Assembly: GCA_043781235.1 (NCBI GenBank)
Contig: JAYWBT010000182.1
Location: 140 to 64,139 of the forward strand
Origin: Deltaproteobacteria bacterium
Lineage (GTDB): Bacteria > Myxococcota > Myxococcia > Myxococcales > 40CM-4-68-19
Direction of reading: 5' to 3'
Length of the DNA: 64,000 bases
The translations under genes and the position numbers were made by a program. How positions within the stretch are numbered: position 1 is the stretch's first letter; each line of letters begins with the position of its first letter. Positions 17,227 through 25,800 of this stretch are shown here, in pieces. The notes beneath the pieces are model-generated. The model was not told where the DNA came from. It made no database searches and saw only the letters and a list, made by a program, of their open reading frames with translations.

Positions 17227-18216
17227 TCAACCCTGCCGAAGACCGATGGCCGACGTGAACCCGCGCGCCAGCTGGGTGGTCGGTGCGACGCGCGCGGCGG
17301 CGGGCGGGCGCGGGACCGACGGCGGCGCCGGCACCGGGAGCAGGTGCACCTCGACGGCTCCGATGTGGATCCCGGTGAACCGCTCGGGACCGGACACGGC
17401 TGCAGATCGCCCGCGAGGCGCCGCAGCGGCGCCCGGGCCCAGCGGCTCGCGAGGAGGCGGCCCCCGCGGCGGTGTCGCACGCGCTCCCGTTCCGCGAGCA
17501 GCCATCTCGCGCGCGGCCGTCTGCCGGGTGACGATCTCGCGGATGACCGTCTCGCGGATCGGCCCGGCGCGGTGCGCGGCTTCCGTCCTGGCAGGCTCGC
17601 GCCCGGGACGCGCCGCGGAAAGATCGCGCTCGGAGTGAGGGCGGGCGATCGGAGCGGTTTGCTCCCCGGAGGTGGTCCATCTCACCGCCGCCGCGAGGGC
17701 GACCGCCAGCGGGTCCGGGCCGAGCCGGACGTTGCTCCTCGGTTCCGTCCGGAGCCGCTCGGTTTGCGCTCTCGGGATCGGCTGGGTCCGTGGCGCGGCC
17801 GCGGGCGGTTCCGTTGGCTGCGACTGGAGAGCGTCCGCCGGGGCCGAGTCATGGGCGCTCGCCATTGGCAGGGACTCGTCGCGCCGGGCCGCCGGTGCGA
17901 GTCCGGCGTCGGAGGGCGCGGCGGGAGCCGCGATGACGGCGGGTGCCGCGATGACGGCGTGTGCCGCCGGCTCTGCCGCGATCGCCGGGTCATCGCTCCA
18001 TATATGTTGCGGGTCGATCTGCGCGGTTGCGCGCGGCCAGGTCGGGCCGGCGGGCGGCAACGTCAAAGGGGCTGTCCTCGGTACCCGTGCGGCAAACGCG
18101 GGCTCGTCCGGCGGCGTCGCGGGCAGCGACCGCACCAGCCGCCGCGGGCGCAGCAAGCCCGGGGTGTCCTGGACCGCTCGGCGCGCGACTTGCTGGAGAT
18201 ACGTTCCGCGCGGCAT
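17227..18216 (-). CDS. Pro/Ala-rich hypothetical protein; tape-measure (Afp14-like) candidate
   Basis: ORF 17227..18645 trimmed to ATG 18216 (MPRGTYLQQVARRAVQDTPGLLRPRR...). 329 aa and largely low-complexity, with an ordered C-terminus ERFTGIHIGAVEVHLLP...LARGFTSAIGLRQG. It sits between the tube module and cap/ATPase. One-nt overlap (TGATG) with the upstream gene. Function is inferred from position only. Confidence 0.55.
   Translation of the reverse strand: MPRGTYLQQVARRAVQDTPGLLRPRRLVRSLPATPPDEPAFAARVPRTAPLTLPPAGPTWPRATAQIDPQHIWSDDPAIAAEPAAHAVIAAPAVIAAPAAPSDAGLAPAARRDESLPMASAHDSAPADALQSQPTEPPAAAPRTQPIPRAQTERLRTEPRSNVRLGPDPLAVALAAAVRWTTSGEQTAPIARPHSERDLSAARPGREPARTEAAHRAGPIRETVIREIVTRQTAAREMAARGTGARATPPRGPPPREPLGPGAAAAPRGRSAAVSGPERFTGIHIGAVEVHLLPVPAPPSVPRPPAAARVAPTTQLARGFTSAIGLRQG
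17927..17962. repeat. 2 x 18-nt tandem repeat inside the tape-measure candidate
   Basis: gccgcgatgacggcgggt / gccgcgatgacggcgtgt, encoding AVIAAP AVIAAP on the minus strand. Confidence 0.7.
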
Positions 18217-19010
18217 CACGCCCTGGTCCTTTCCTGCTGCGCCTGCTGGGCTTCGGCCAGCTCCACGTAGCGGGCCCGGCGCGCCGCGGGGAGCGCGAGG
18301 ATCTCCGCCTCGGACCAATGGTAGTGGTGCGCGATCGCGCAGACGTCCTCGTAAACGAAGGCCGCCTGCTCGCGCAGCTCGCTCAGCGTGTACTGCAAGG
18401 GCTCGAAGCTGGCCTCGACGGTCGCGCCGCACTCCGGGCAGATGCCCTGGAGCTCGGAGTAGAGGCTCGGGGCCATCGCCTCCATCGCCGCCTCCACCTG
18501 CCGTTGCTCCCGCTCGGTGATGTCCGCGGGGCGGACGCAGCGCCGCAGCAGCGCCTGCTCGGGCTGCGGCGCGCGCGCGATCGCGAGCTGATCGGCGGCT
18601 CGCGGAAGCCGGAACTCGAGGTTCTGGTCCTCCAGCCGGTACCATCCGTCGTCTCCCGAAGGCAGGACGCCGGGCGGCGCGGCGGGCAGGTGATGCTCAA
18701 GATACGCCTGGATCGAGAACGTGATGTCGACGTGCGCGTGACAGCCGGGAGCGGTGCAGACCTCCTCCGCGCTGACGATGTCGCCCACCACCCGCCGGCG
18801 CAGATGGAGAAGGAGCGCGTCGACGTCGCCGATCGGCAAGGTCGCAGGATCGAGCGGGGCGCCGTCCGCGCAGCTTGCGACGAGTGACAGGAGCGCGAGA
18901 GCCACGCCCAGGTCCAGCGGACCTGCCTCGAGCAGCAAGATGTCCTCTGCGCCGGCAGGCAGCCGCAAGACGACGTCCCTGCCTGCTACCGGAAGCCGGA
19001 CGGCTGCCAC
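18216..19010 (-). CDS. Hypothetical CIS protein with two Cys pairs (possible Zn-ribbon); assembly-factor candidate
   Basis: 264 aa. Cys pairs CTAPGC and CPEC, and a conserved-looking tail VYEDVCAIAHHYHWSEAEILALPAARRARYVELAE. It lies between the tube and the tape-measure candidate and starts 1 nt after the tube stop. Confidence 0.65.
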   Translation of the reverse strand: MAAVRLPVAGRDVVLRLPAGAEDILLLEAGPLDLGVALALLSLVASCADGAPLDPATLPIGDVDALLLHLRRRVVGDIVSAEEVCTAPGCHAHVDITFSIQAYLEHHLPAAPPGVLPSGDDGWYRLEDQNLEFRLPRAADQLAIARAPQPEQALLRRCVRPADITEREQRQVEAAMEAMAPSLYSELQGICPECGATVEASFEPLQYTLSELREQAAFVYEDVCAIAHHYHWSEAEILALPAARRARYVELAEAQQAQQERTRA

Positions 19011-19011
19011 G

Positions 19012-19527
19012 TTACGTCTTCTTCTCGTCCGGCTCTACGATGGTGAGATCCCGCTCCCACCCCTCGTTCTCCAGCTTGACGTGCTGGAGGGCGATGGCGT
19101 TGCCTCCCGCATCGAGATCGGGGATCGCCTGGTATTCCGAGACCCAGCAGCGGTAGACGATGTATTGGTGCACCGGCTGACCAGCCTCGTTTTGAAGGAC
19201 GATCCGCACGGTCTTGCGGAGGTCCCCGAGCGACGACTTGGGTGCCCCCTTGTCCAGCACCTGGGACGCGTTGGCCCAGTTCTCGAAGTCGGAATCATGG
19301 GTCACGCCGCGCTCGAGCGTGATGGCCTCGTACTTGGTGCGCCCGATCCCCTTCAAGGTGATCGCGTTGCCCCCTTCCTTGTAATCGATGACGTCGGAAG
19401 ACCGCTTCATGCCCGTCACCTTGCTGACGCCGGCGACGGGCTGGACCGATTCCCCGAGGTAAACGAGGAAGCGGTAGTTCTTGTACGGATCGAAGCGATT
19501 GATGTTGACGGAAAATGGCTTGCTCAT
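19012..19527 (-). CDS. Tail tube protein (T4 gp19-like / Afp1-like)
   Basis: ORF 19012..19782 trimmed to ATG 19527 (MSKPFSVNINRFDPYKNYRFLVYLGESVQPVAGVSKVTGMKRSSDVIDYKEGGN...), the typical conserved phage-tail-region tube signature. Confidence 0.9.
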   Translation of the reverse strand: MSKPFSVNINRFDPYKNYRFLVYLGESVQPVAGVSKVTGMKRSSDVIDYKEGGNAITLKGIGRTKYEAITLERGVTHDSDFENWANASQVLDKGAPKSSLGDLRKTVRIVLQNEAGQPVHQYIVYRCWVSEYQAIPDLDAGGNAIALQHVKLENEGWERDLTIVEPDEKKT

Positions 19528-19537
19528 GGTCGCCCCC

Positions 19538-21142
19538 CTACGCCTGCACCTGACCCGCGATCTGCGAGATCTTGATGATGACGAACTCGGCCGGCTTGAG
19601 CGGGCGGAACCCGACCAGGATGTTGACGATACCGAGATCGATGTCGCTCTGCAGCGTGGTGCTCGCGTCGCACTTGACCCGGAACGCCTGGCTCGGCGAG
19701 GCGCCCTGGAAGGCGGCCTGACGGAAGAGCGAGAGCATGAAGTTTTCGATGCTGATGCGTATGGCGGACCACAGCGGCTCATCGTTGGGCTCGAACACCA
19801 CCCATCCGAGATTGCGCAGGAGCGTCTGCTCGATGAACAGCGCGGTGCGCCGCACCGGCACGTATCGCCACTGCTCGAATGCGGGGTTGGCGGTGACGGT
19901 GGTTCGTGCGCCCCAAACCACCGTCCCGCTGCCGGGAAACGACCGCAGCACGTTCACCCCGAGCGGGTTCAGGGTGCCCTGGCGCATGTCGGTCATCCTC
20001 CCCTCGTCGACGACGCCGGTGGTGTTGAGGATGGAGGTCTCGAGACCGGCAGGCGCCTTCCAGACTCCACGGTTGGTGTCGATGCGGGCGCAGATTCCGG
20101 CCACGAATCCGCTGGGCGGCAGGGCGATGACCTCGTTGGTGATGGGATCGATCGTCTTGAGGTAGGGGAAGTAGAAGGCGCCGTTGGGTACGGCGGTCGG
20201 CACGGTGCCGTTGAGGACGGCGTCCGCGATCTTGGGCAGGTCTCTTCCTGCCCCGTCGGCGGTCAAGTTGGGAGGCGGATCGATGATGAAGAAAGCCCGC
20301 TTGTGCTCGCAGAAGCCAAGGGCGGTGCTCCAGATGCCCGCGTCGGCGATCCCGGGGACGACGAGGAGGTTGAAGATGTCCACCTTGTCGAGCGAGCTGT
20401 CGGTCTCGAAGACGTCGTGAAAGTCCTGCGGGCTGAACGTCGTCCAGCCACCCGCGAGGGTGGCGGGGACCGTCAAGGCCGACAGCTCGATGGCCCCCGA
20501 CGTGAAGCTGCCCGGATACCGACCAAGGACCTGGTCCTGCGGAGCCACCTGCACGAGCCGCGACAACGCGAGGCGTTTTTCGATGAAGTTCGAGTCCGTA
20601 ATGGTCGCAGGGTCCGCGCCAGCGATCTTCACGCCTCGGTAGGACTCCACCTGCGAGCCGAAGGTGATGAGGATGTCCGCGGTATCGTTCGCCGGGGATG
20701 GCCTGACGTTGCCGATCGTGATCGTCATCCGGGTCACGTCAGTCAGCTGCCTGGCCGTGAAAGTGATTCCGCTTGTGCTGGCGCTGGCGGGCGAGATGGG
20801 CTGGGGGGAGATCGTTGGCGGGACCTGGGAATCGTAATATTGCGGCTGCAGGCCGACCACATAGGCGTCGGAGCCGCCGTTGAGGAAGAACTGGTTCACC
20901 GCGTACGCGACGTTGGAGTCGATGAAAGTGCTGCGATACAGCCCGCCGAAGATGCGCTCGTAGTCAGTGAAGTTGAAGATCCGGATTGCCCTGCCCCACT
21001 CGCCTCTTTCTGCGCACTCGCCCCTGAATGGATGCGTGTAACCAACGAAAGCGGTGATCGAGGTCGGCGCGGCCGTGATGGCGTGCGACGAGCTGGGTAC
21101 CTCTTCGATATAGAGGCCGGGATACGAGACGGAAACGGGCAT
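19538..21142 (-). CDS. Contractile tail sheath protein (Afp2-4-like)
   Basis: 534 aa. MPVSVSYPGLYIEEVPSSSHAITAAPTSITAFVGYT... is the canonical sheath N-terminus. A strong AAGGAG SD lies upstream of ATG 21142. Confidence 0.9.
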   Translation of the reverse strand: MPVSVSYPGLYIEEVPSSSHAITAAPTSITAFVGYTHPFRGECAERGEWGRAIRIFNFTDYERIFGGLYRSTFIDSNVAYAVNQFFLNGGSDAYVVGLQPQYYDSQVPPTISPQPISPASASTSGITFTARQLTDVTRMTITIGNVRPSPANDTADILITFGSQVESYRGVKIAGADPATITDSNFIEKRLALSRLVQVAPQDQVLGRYPGSFTSGAIELSALTVPATLAGGWTTFSPQDFHDVFETDSSLDKVDIFNLLVVPGIADAGIWSTALGFCEHKRAFFIIDPPPNLTADGAGRDLPKIADAVLNGTVPTAVPNGAFYFPYLKTIDPITNEVIALPPSGFVAGICARIDTNRGVWKAPAGLETSILNTTGVVDEGRMTDMRQGTLNPLGVNVLRSFPGSGTVVWGARTTVTANPAFEQWRYVPVRRTALFIEQTLLRNLGWVVFEPNDEPLWSAIRISIENFMLSLFRQAAFQGASPSQAFRVKCDASTTLQSDIDLGIVNILVGFRPLKPAEFVIIKISQIAGQVQA

Positions 21143-21184
21143 GAATTCTCCTTACGTCCTGGCGCAAATCATCGGACAGAAGCT

Positions 21185-22006
21185 TCAAGCGCTTGCGGGC
21201 AGGGTCGCTCTTGCCGGGGTGGCCGCGGTTGGCTCCGTTCCGCCAGCGAGATTGATGGAGCCCGGTTTCGGCCGCTTGTATCCATCCGGCGCGGAAACGG
21301 TCACCGCGAACCCCAGTTGAGGATTGAGGTCGCCAAGCCCGCTGACGGCAGTCACCTTCTTGGTCCACGTCACGGTGAGCGTGAAGGTCTTGGAGCCGGT
21401 GGCTGGCTGCTGGACGTTCGAAACCGCGATCGTCCATTCTGTGGGAGCGGAGCCAGTTCGCGCCGCCACAAGTGTAAACGACGTGGTCGGATTCCCGCCC
21501 GTGACGGGTCCTGCGACCGTCCAGTTCGGCGGATTCGTTGCTGCCACGAGAACAGCGGAACCCGCGATTGGATCCGGCGCACTGGGGGCGACTTGGGCGC
21601 GCACGAGGCTTGGCCTGGTCCCGGGAGGCCCGCTGGTGCCCCCGATGACGTTCGGCAGGGAACCGAGGGTCAGTCCCTCATACGTGTCCGTCTCGGTGAC
21701 CGTGACATCCACTTTGGCCGGATCGGTGTTTTGGGCCACCGTCACCACGATGTTGTTGCCCGTCGATCCCGGGGCCACGGCGGTGAACACCATCGCGATG
21801 CCAGGAGCGGGCACCTTGCCTGGACCGAGTCGCCCTTGCGCAACCAGATACTTCAGCCAATCCTGAAACGCGCCAGTGACTTCTGGATTGCTGGAATTGA
21901 CCCCATTCCCATCGAAGAAGATCTCGGCCAGCGGAAGAGAAAGCTGCTGGCCGGCATCCGTGACAAAAACGATCGGCCCATCTCCAACTGCTGCGATTTG
22001 CGTCAT
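21185..22006 (-). CDS. Hypothetical Thr/Val/Pro-rich protein, first gene of the CIS structural operon
   Basis: ORF 21185..22066 trimmed to ATG 22006 (MTQIAAVGDGPIVFVTDAGQQLSLPLAEIFFDGNG...), preceded by a GGGGGA SD. The beta-rich C-terminal half includes TFTLTVTWTKKVTAV. No family recognised. Confidence 0.6.
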   Translation of the reverse strand: MTQIAAVGDGPIVFVTDAGQQLSLPLAEIFFDGNGVNSSNPEVTGAFQDWLKYLVAQGRLGPGKVPAPGIAMVFTAVAPGSTGNNIVVTVAQNTDPAKVDVTVTETDTYEGLTLGSLPNVIGGTSGPPGTRPSLVRAQVAPSAPDPIAGSAVLVAATNPPNWTVAGPVTGGNPTTSFTLVAARTGSAPTEWTIAVSNVQQPATGSKTFTLTVTWTKKVTAVSGLGDLNPQLGFAVTVSAPDGYKRPKPGSINLAGGTEPTAATPARATLPASA

Positions 22007-22119
22007 CGGTCCCCCTACGACGCTTGATTGAATGTCTGTCTTGCTCCCCGCACGAACGGAAAGCAAGAGGGGTCAAGCATTCTTCGTGACGCGCAGTGGG
22101 ACAATCGAGGATCTGATTC
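22007..22119 (-). promoter_or_regulatory. Candidate promoter/regulatory gap upstream of the CIS structural operon
   Basis: This 113-nt gap is the only sizeable gap between the toxin/immunity pair and the structural genes, and it is comparatively AT-rich. TTGACC is present on the minus strand (plus-strand ggtcaa 22071-22076). A 7-bp inverted repeat is present: tcttgct (22039-22045) / agcaaga (22062-22068). I could not identify a convincing -10 or sigma-54 element. Confidence 0.2.
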
Positions 22120-22884
22120 TTACCTTCCCTCGGGAATGTTGAAGTTAGGAGCCTCGAGCGGGCGTTCCGGATCGGTCGGGTCGTAGAAGACACGACGCGG
22201 GATGGCGGCGGCGAAGCGGGCCGCGGCTTCGATCCCGGCCGGCTGATCCCAGTCCTCGGGGCGTTCGAGCACCTGCACGAACCAGCCACCGCCATCGAGG
22301 GGCTGCGAGACCACCGCCGGGGCGCGGGCCAAATGCTCGGGGCCGAGGAAGGCGGTGTACTCCGGTCCGAACCACATCCGATAGTGTGGATGTTCGAGAC
22401 CCTTCGTGTAATCCTGGACTGTCAACCGCATCTCTTCTCCGCCAATCGGCGACGGAACCCAACGCTGGCTGAATGCGCGATAGGCGTCCTGGCGGGCGGC
22501 GACGGCGAGCGGAGCACGGACGATCCCCATCAGCTTCCAAACGCCGTCGCGCTGGCTGTTGAGCTCGAAGCACTTCGCTGCGGCAGGCGCGCCCCAAGCG
22601 GTGTAGCCCGCGAACGAACGCTGAAACTCCCGGTCGGGAACGATGCTGAAGGTGATGTTCGCTTTGGGCTGCGCCAGTTCGAGTACCCCCCATCCGCGCA
22701 GCTTTTCCACGAGGAGGCGCAGCCGCTCGGCAGGGTCGGCGGGCAGCGACTCGCGCGCCGTCGCTTTGCCGTACTTATCCGGATCAATCCACCGGACATC
22801 GTTTAGGACGTGGCGGAGCAACGGCTCGCCCGTCTTGGACGGCAGAGGGCCGGGCGGGAGGTTCACGTGGGTCAACATCAACAT
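22120..22884 (-). CDS. Candidate immunity protein for the upstream nuclease toxin
   Basis: ORF 22120..23145 trimmed to ATG 22884 (MLMLTHVNLPPGPLPSKTGEPLLRHVLNDVRWIDPDKYGK...). The start is 12 nt after the toxin stop and has a GGAG SD. 254 aa with no signal peptide or TM segment. Function is inferred from the toxin-adjacent position. Confidence 0.6.
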   Translation of the reverse strand: MLMLTHVNLPPGPLPSKTGEPLLRHVLNDVRWIDPDKYGKATARESLPADPAERLRLLVEKLRGWGVLELAQPKANITFSIVPDREFQRSFAGYTAWGAPAAAKCFELNSQRDGVWKLMGIVRAPLAVAARQDAYRAFSQRWVPSPIGGEEMRLTVQDYTKGLEHPHYRMWFGPEYTAFLGPEHLARAPAVVSQPLDGGGWFVQVLERPEDWDQPAGIEAAARFAAAIPRRVFYDPTDPERPLEAPNFNIPEGR

Positions 22885-22895
22885 TCCGGCTCCGT

Positions 22896-25800
22896 TCAAG
22901 GAAAGCGATAGATCCTGGCGAGTCCATTGCGAACAAGCCTTGCGAGCCTGTCTTCTAACGGACGACTCAATCTGGTTTCGCCCCGCTCGTGGGCCGCTGA
23001 GCGGACCACGACCTCGATGAAGCCTCGGAAGGTCTCGACGTAGTCCAGCATGGCGTGGAGGTTCTCTGTGTGGAGGCTCTCTGTGGTGTCGTTGTAAATG
23101 TAGTCCCAGCCCTTGACCTCGACAAAGTGATACTGCCGTCCCCAAACAGGAGATCCGTTGCCGAGATCACGGACCCCGTCGGGACGGAATCCGCCCTCCC
23201 CGCTCGGATCCATGAAGACCTCGAAATTCTCCGGAACCCCGAGACGGTTGAGCGCAAGATTCTGAAATTCGCCGCCGGCGATTCTGTTGGTGAGAATTTG
23301 GCGGTACTGTCGCTCCCAGGCTGGGTCGGGCCGATCGGCGAGCTCCGGGAAGCGTTCGCGATGGGTTTGCTGATACTCGAACCAACGCTGTCGTATGTGG
23401 CCTTCGGTACCGGCCTGCAGCGGCGCCCCCGTCAGCGGATCCAGACGCGCGCGCGGTGCTTCCCCGCGGGTGGTCGCGGCTTCGGGGGCCGGGACCGGCC
23501 CTCCGCCGCGCAGCCGGTCCATCATCGCCGACAAGTCGCGGGCCGCAGCCTCGTCGAGAGCATGCCCCGCGGCCGCGCGCTCTCCGAGAGCGCGCAGCCG
23601 GGCTGCCTCCGCCGGTTCAAGCCTGCCCGCCAGCCGGAACATCCCTTCGACCTCGGCAGGCGAACGGCCCGTGCGCTGCGCCATGGCCTCGACGAGCGCG
23701 CGCGCTCTTCCTTCCGGCAGCCTGAGTGGTTCCTCGACGCGGAACCGCAACCGGCAACGGGTGCACTCGATCGAGAGGCGCGTGCGTCCGCGCACCGCTG
23801 CGAGGAAGCGGCCAGCCATTTCGGCCCCGACCGCCAGCGCCACGTCCGCCACCATCTCCCGGATGGGAACCGCCGCACGCTCCAGGTGCAAGTTCGAGAG
23901 ATCGTCGAGACGCCCGTCCTGCGGCGGCGCGATGCGGGTCAAATGATAGCCCGCTTCGACGAGGTGCCCGAGCGCGGAGCCGAGGAAATCAATCTGCATC
24001 GCCCATCCGACGATGGCGAGCGTGCCGCGGATCGCGGCGCCGATCGCCGGGAAGGGCGGCGGCATCGCCAGCATCGCCGTCGCGGCGCCGTGAACGGTGA
24101 GGAAGCCCACGAACACCGGCAGCATCTCTTCGAAGCGTTGCACCACCAGCTCCGGCAGACCCTCGATGACACGCTCCTTGACGAGGTCGCTGTTGTGCCA
24201 ATAGAAGTCCGCGCCGCGCGCCACGGCCCGCGTCGGCTCTGTCACGTCCATGCGCAGCGCGTTCAAGATCCCGAACAACACCGGGTCGGAGATGCCGGCG
24301 ATGTTGATGCCGTGGTGCATCGGCTCCGACCCGACGTATCCCGTGTCGCGGTAGCCTTGACCGGTGATGCCGCGCAACGGGTTGTTCTGTGAGTCGTAGA
24401 GGAGCACGCCGTTGGTGCGGTCAACGATGGCGATCTGGTCGCCTTCCCTGCTGTGATCGATCTGCAGCAGGTTCCGGGTGGCCGTCGGATTACCCCAGTT
24501 GAACTGCTCGAAGATCCGCTCCTCGAGGGGTTCGAAAGCCCGCTGCACCGTGCCGCCGGACCGAGCGAACTCGGTATATCCTTGCGTGAAGAGATGCGTG
24601 AAAAACCGCCTGCGGCCGTCGTCGCCGATGATCTGCAGGATCTCTTCGGGCGCGAGCCCGCCCTGCGCGAGCGCGGTCGTGGCGTCGCTGTGTGACACGC
24701 CCGCGAAGCGCCCCATCAGCGTGAGGTAGTAACGCGACAGGTCTTCGTTGCCGGCGAGCACGCTCCAGTTCGCCTCGACGGCAGCCGCCGGAGCATGATG
24801 ACCGCTGCGCTCGGCCATCGCCACTGCGTCGTCCACTGCGATGCCTGTGATCAGGGCATCGGTCTCCTCGAGCATCCGACCCGCCGTGGCGAGCAGGGCC
24901 GTCTGGTGTTCGTCGGCTCCGAGCGCTCCTCTGAGCACTTGCGCGACCGGCTCATCGAGCAGGACGCCCCTCAGGTGAGACTGGCGCTCGAACTGTTGGT
25001 GCGTCACCGCCTGCCCGCCGGTCGAATACTCGTTGACGGCGCCCTGCACCAGGTCGGTGATACGAGTCGCCTCTTCGGGCGAGCGCGCCAACCGCCGGAC
25101 GTAAGCGAAGATCGACGCGCGTATGCTTCCTTCCCAGCGGATCGTGATGCTCTGCGGTGCGCGCCGCCGCTGAGGCCTCGGCTGACGCTGGACTTCTGGA
25201 ACCTCGCTACTCGCACGGCGTGCAATCGTCGGCTGGGATGCCGATGACGGCAGCGTGGTCGCACCCTGCTGCACGGTGTGCGCGAGCTCGTGCGCGATCA
25301 GCTCGCGCCCCGCCGTCGAATGAGGGCTCCATTGAGCAGCGCCGAAATAGATGTTGGGGCCGGCAGTGAACGCGAGCGCGTTCAGCGACTCCGCCGCGTT
25401 CGCCGCCGCACGGCTGGTATGGATCCGCACGCCGCTGAAGTTCTGCCCGAATCGGACACCGAAGAAGTGCTCCAGCGACCCAGGCAGCGGCATTCCCGCT
25501 TCCGTCGGAAGCCCGTCGATCACCGGCAGCGCCATACGCCCGGCAACGTGCCTGGCTCGGACCGGGCCAGCCTCACTTTTGCACGCACAGCCGGGGCCGC
25601 AGGCAGGGCACGCCACGCTCCGCCTTTCAATGGGAACCGCGGTGCCGGCTGCATCCATGACCTGCCGCGCAGCGCGATCCGCCTCGGCCTCGAGTGGATC
25701 ATTTGGGGCACCGACTCTCAGCCTCGCCTGCACAGCGACCGCGCTCGGCTGGACGCGCAGCACGGCCTGATTGCCGACGCTGGCCTGGAGTCGCGCGGCA

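Noticed and set aside
1-22006. Reading the tail cluster as a prophage, an R-type tailocin or a T6SS.
   Set aside because: There are no head, portal, terminase, lysis or repressor genes in the window. There is no TssJ/L/M, TssA or ClpV; the clpB at 46637 is a housekeeping two-ring ClpB 25 kb away. The presence of a DUF4255 cap, an Afp15-like ATPase and a DUF4157 toxin fits eCIS. Sequence left of base 1 is unseen, so prophage or tailocin cannot be fully excluded.
14085-22027. Plus-strand ORFs 14085..16727 (880 aa) and 19481..22027 (848 aa).
   Set aside because: They are antisense to the AAA+ ATPase and to the sheath and tube genes, which have unambiguous motifs. Their composition is shadow-like.
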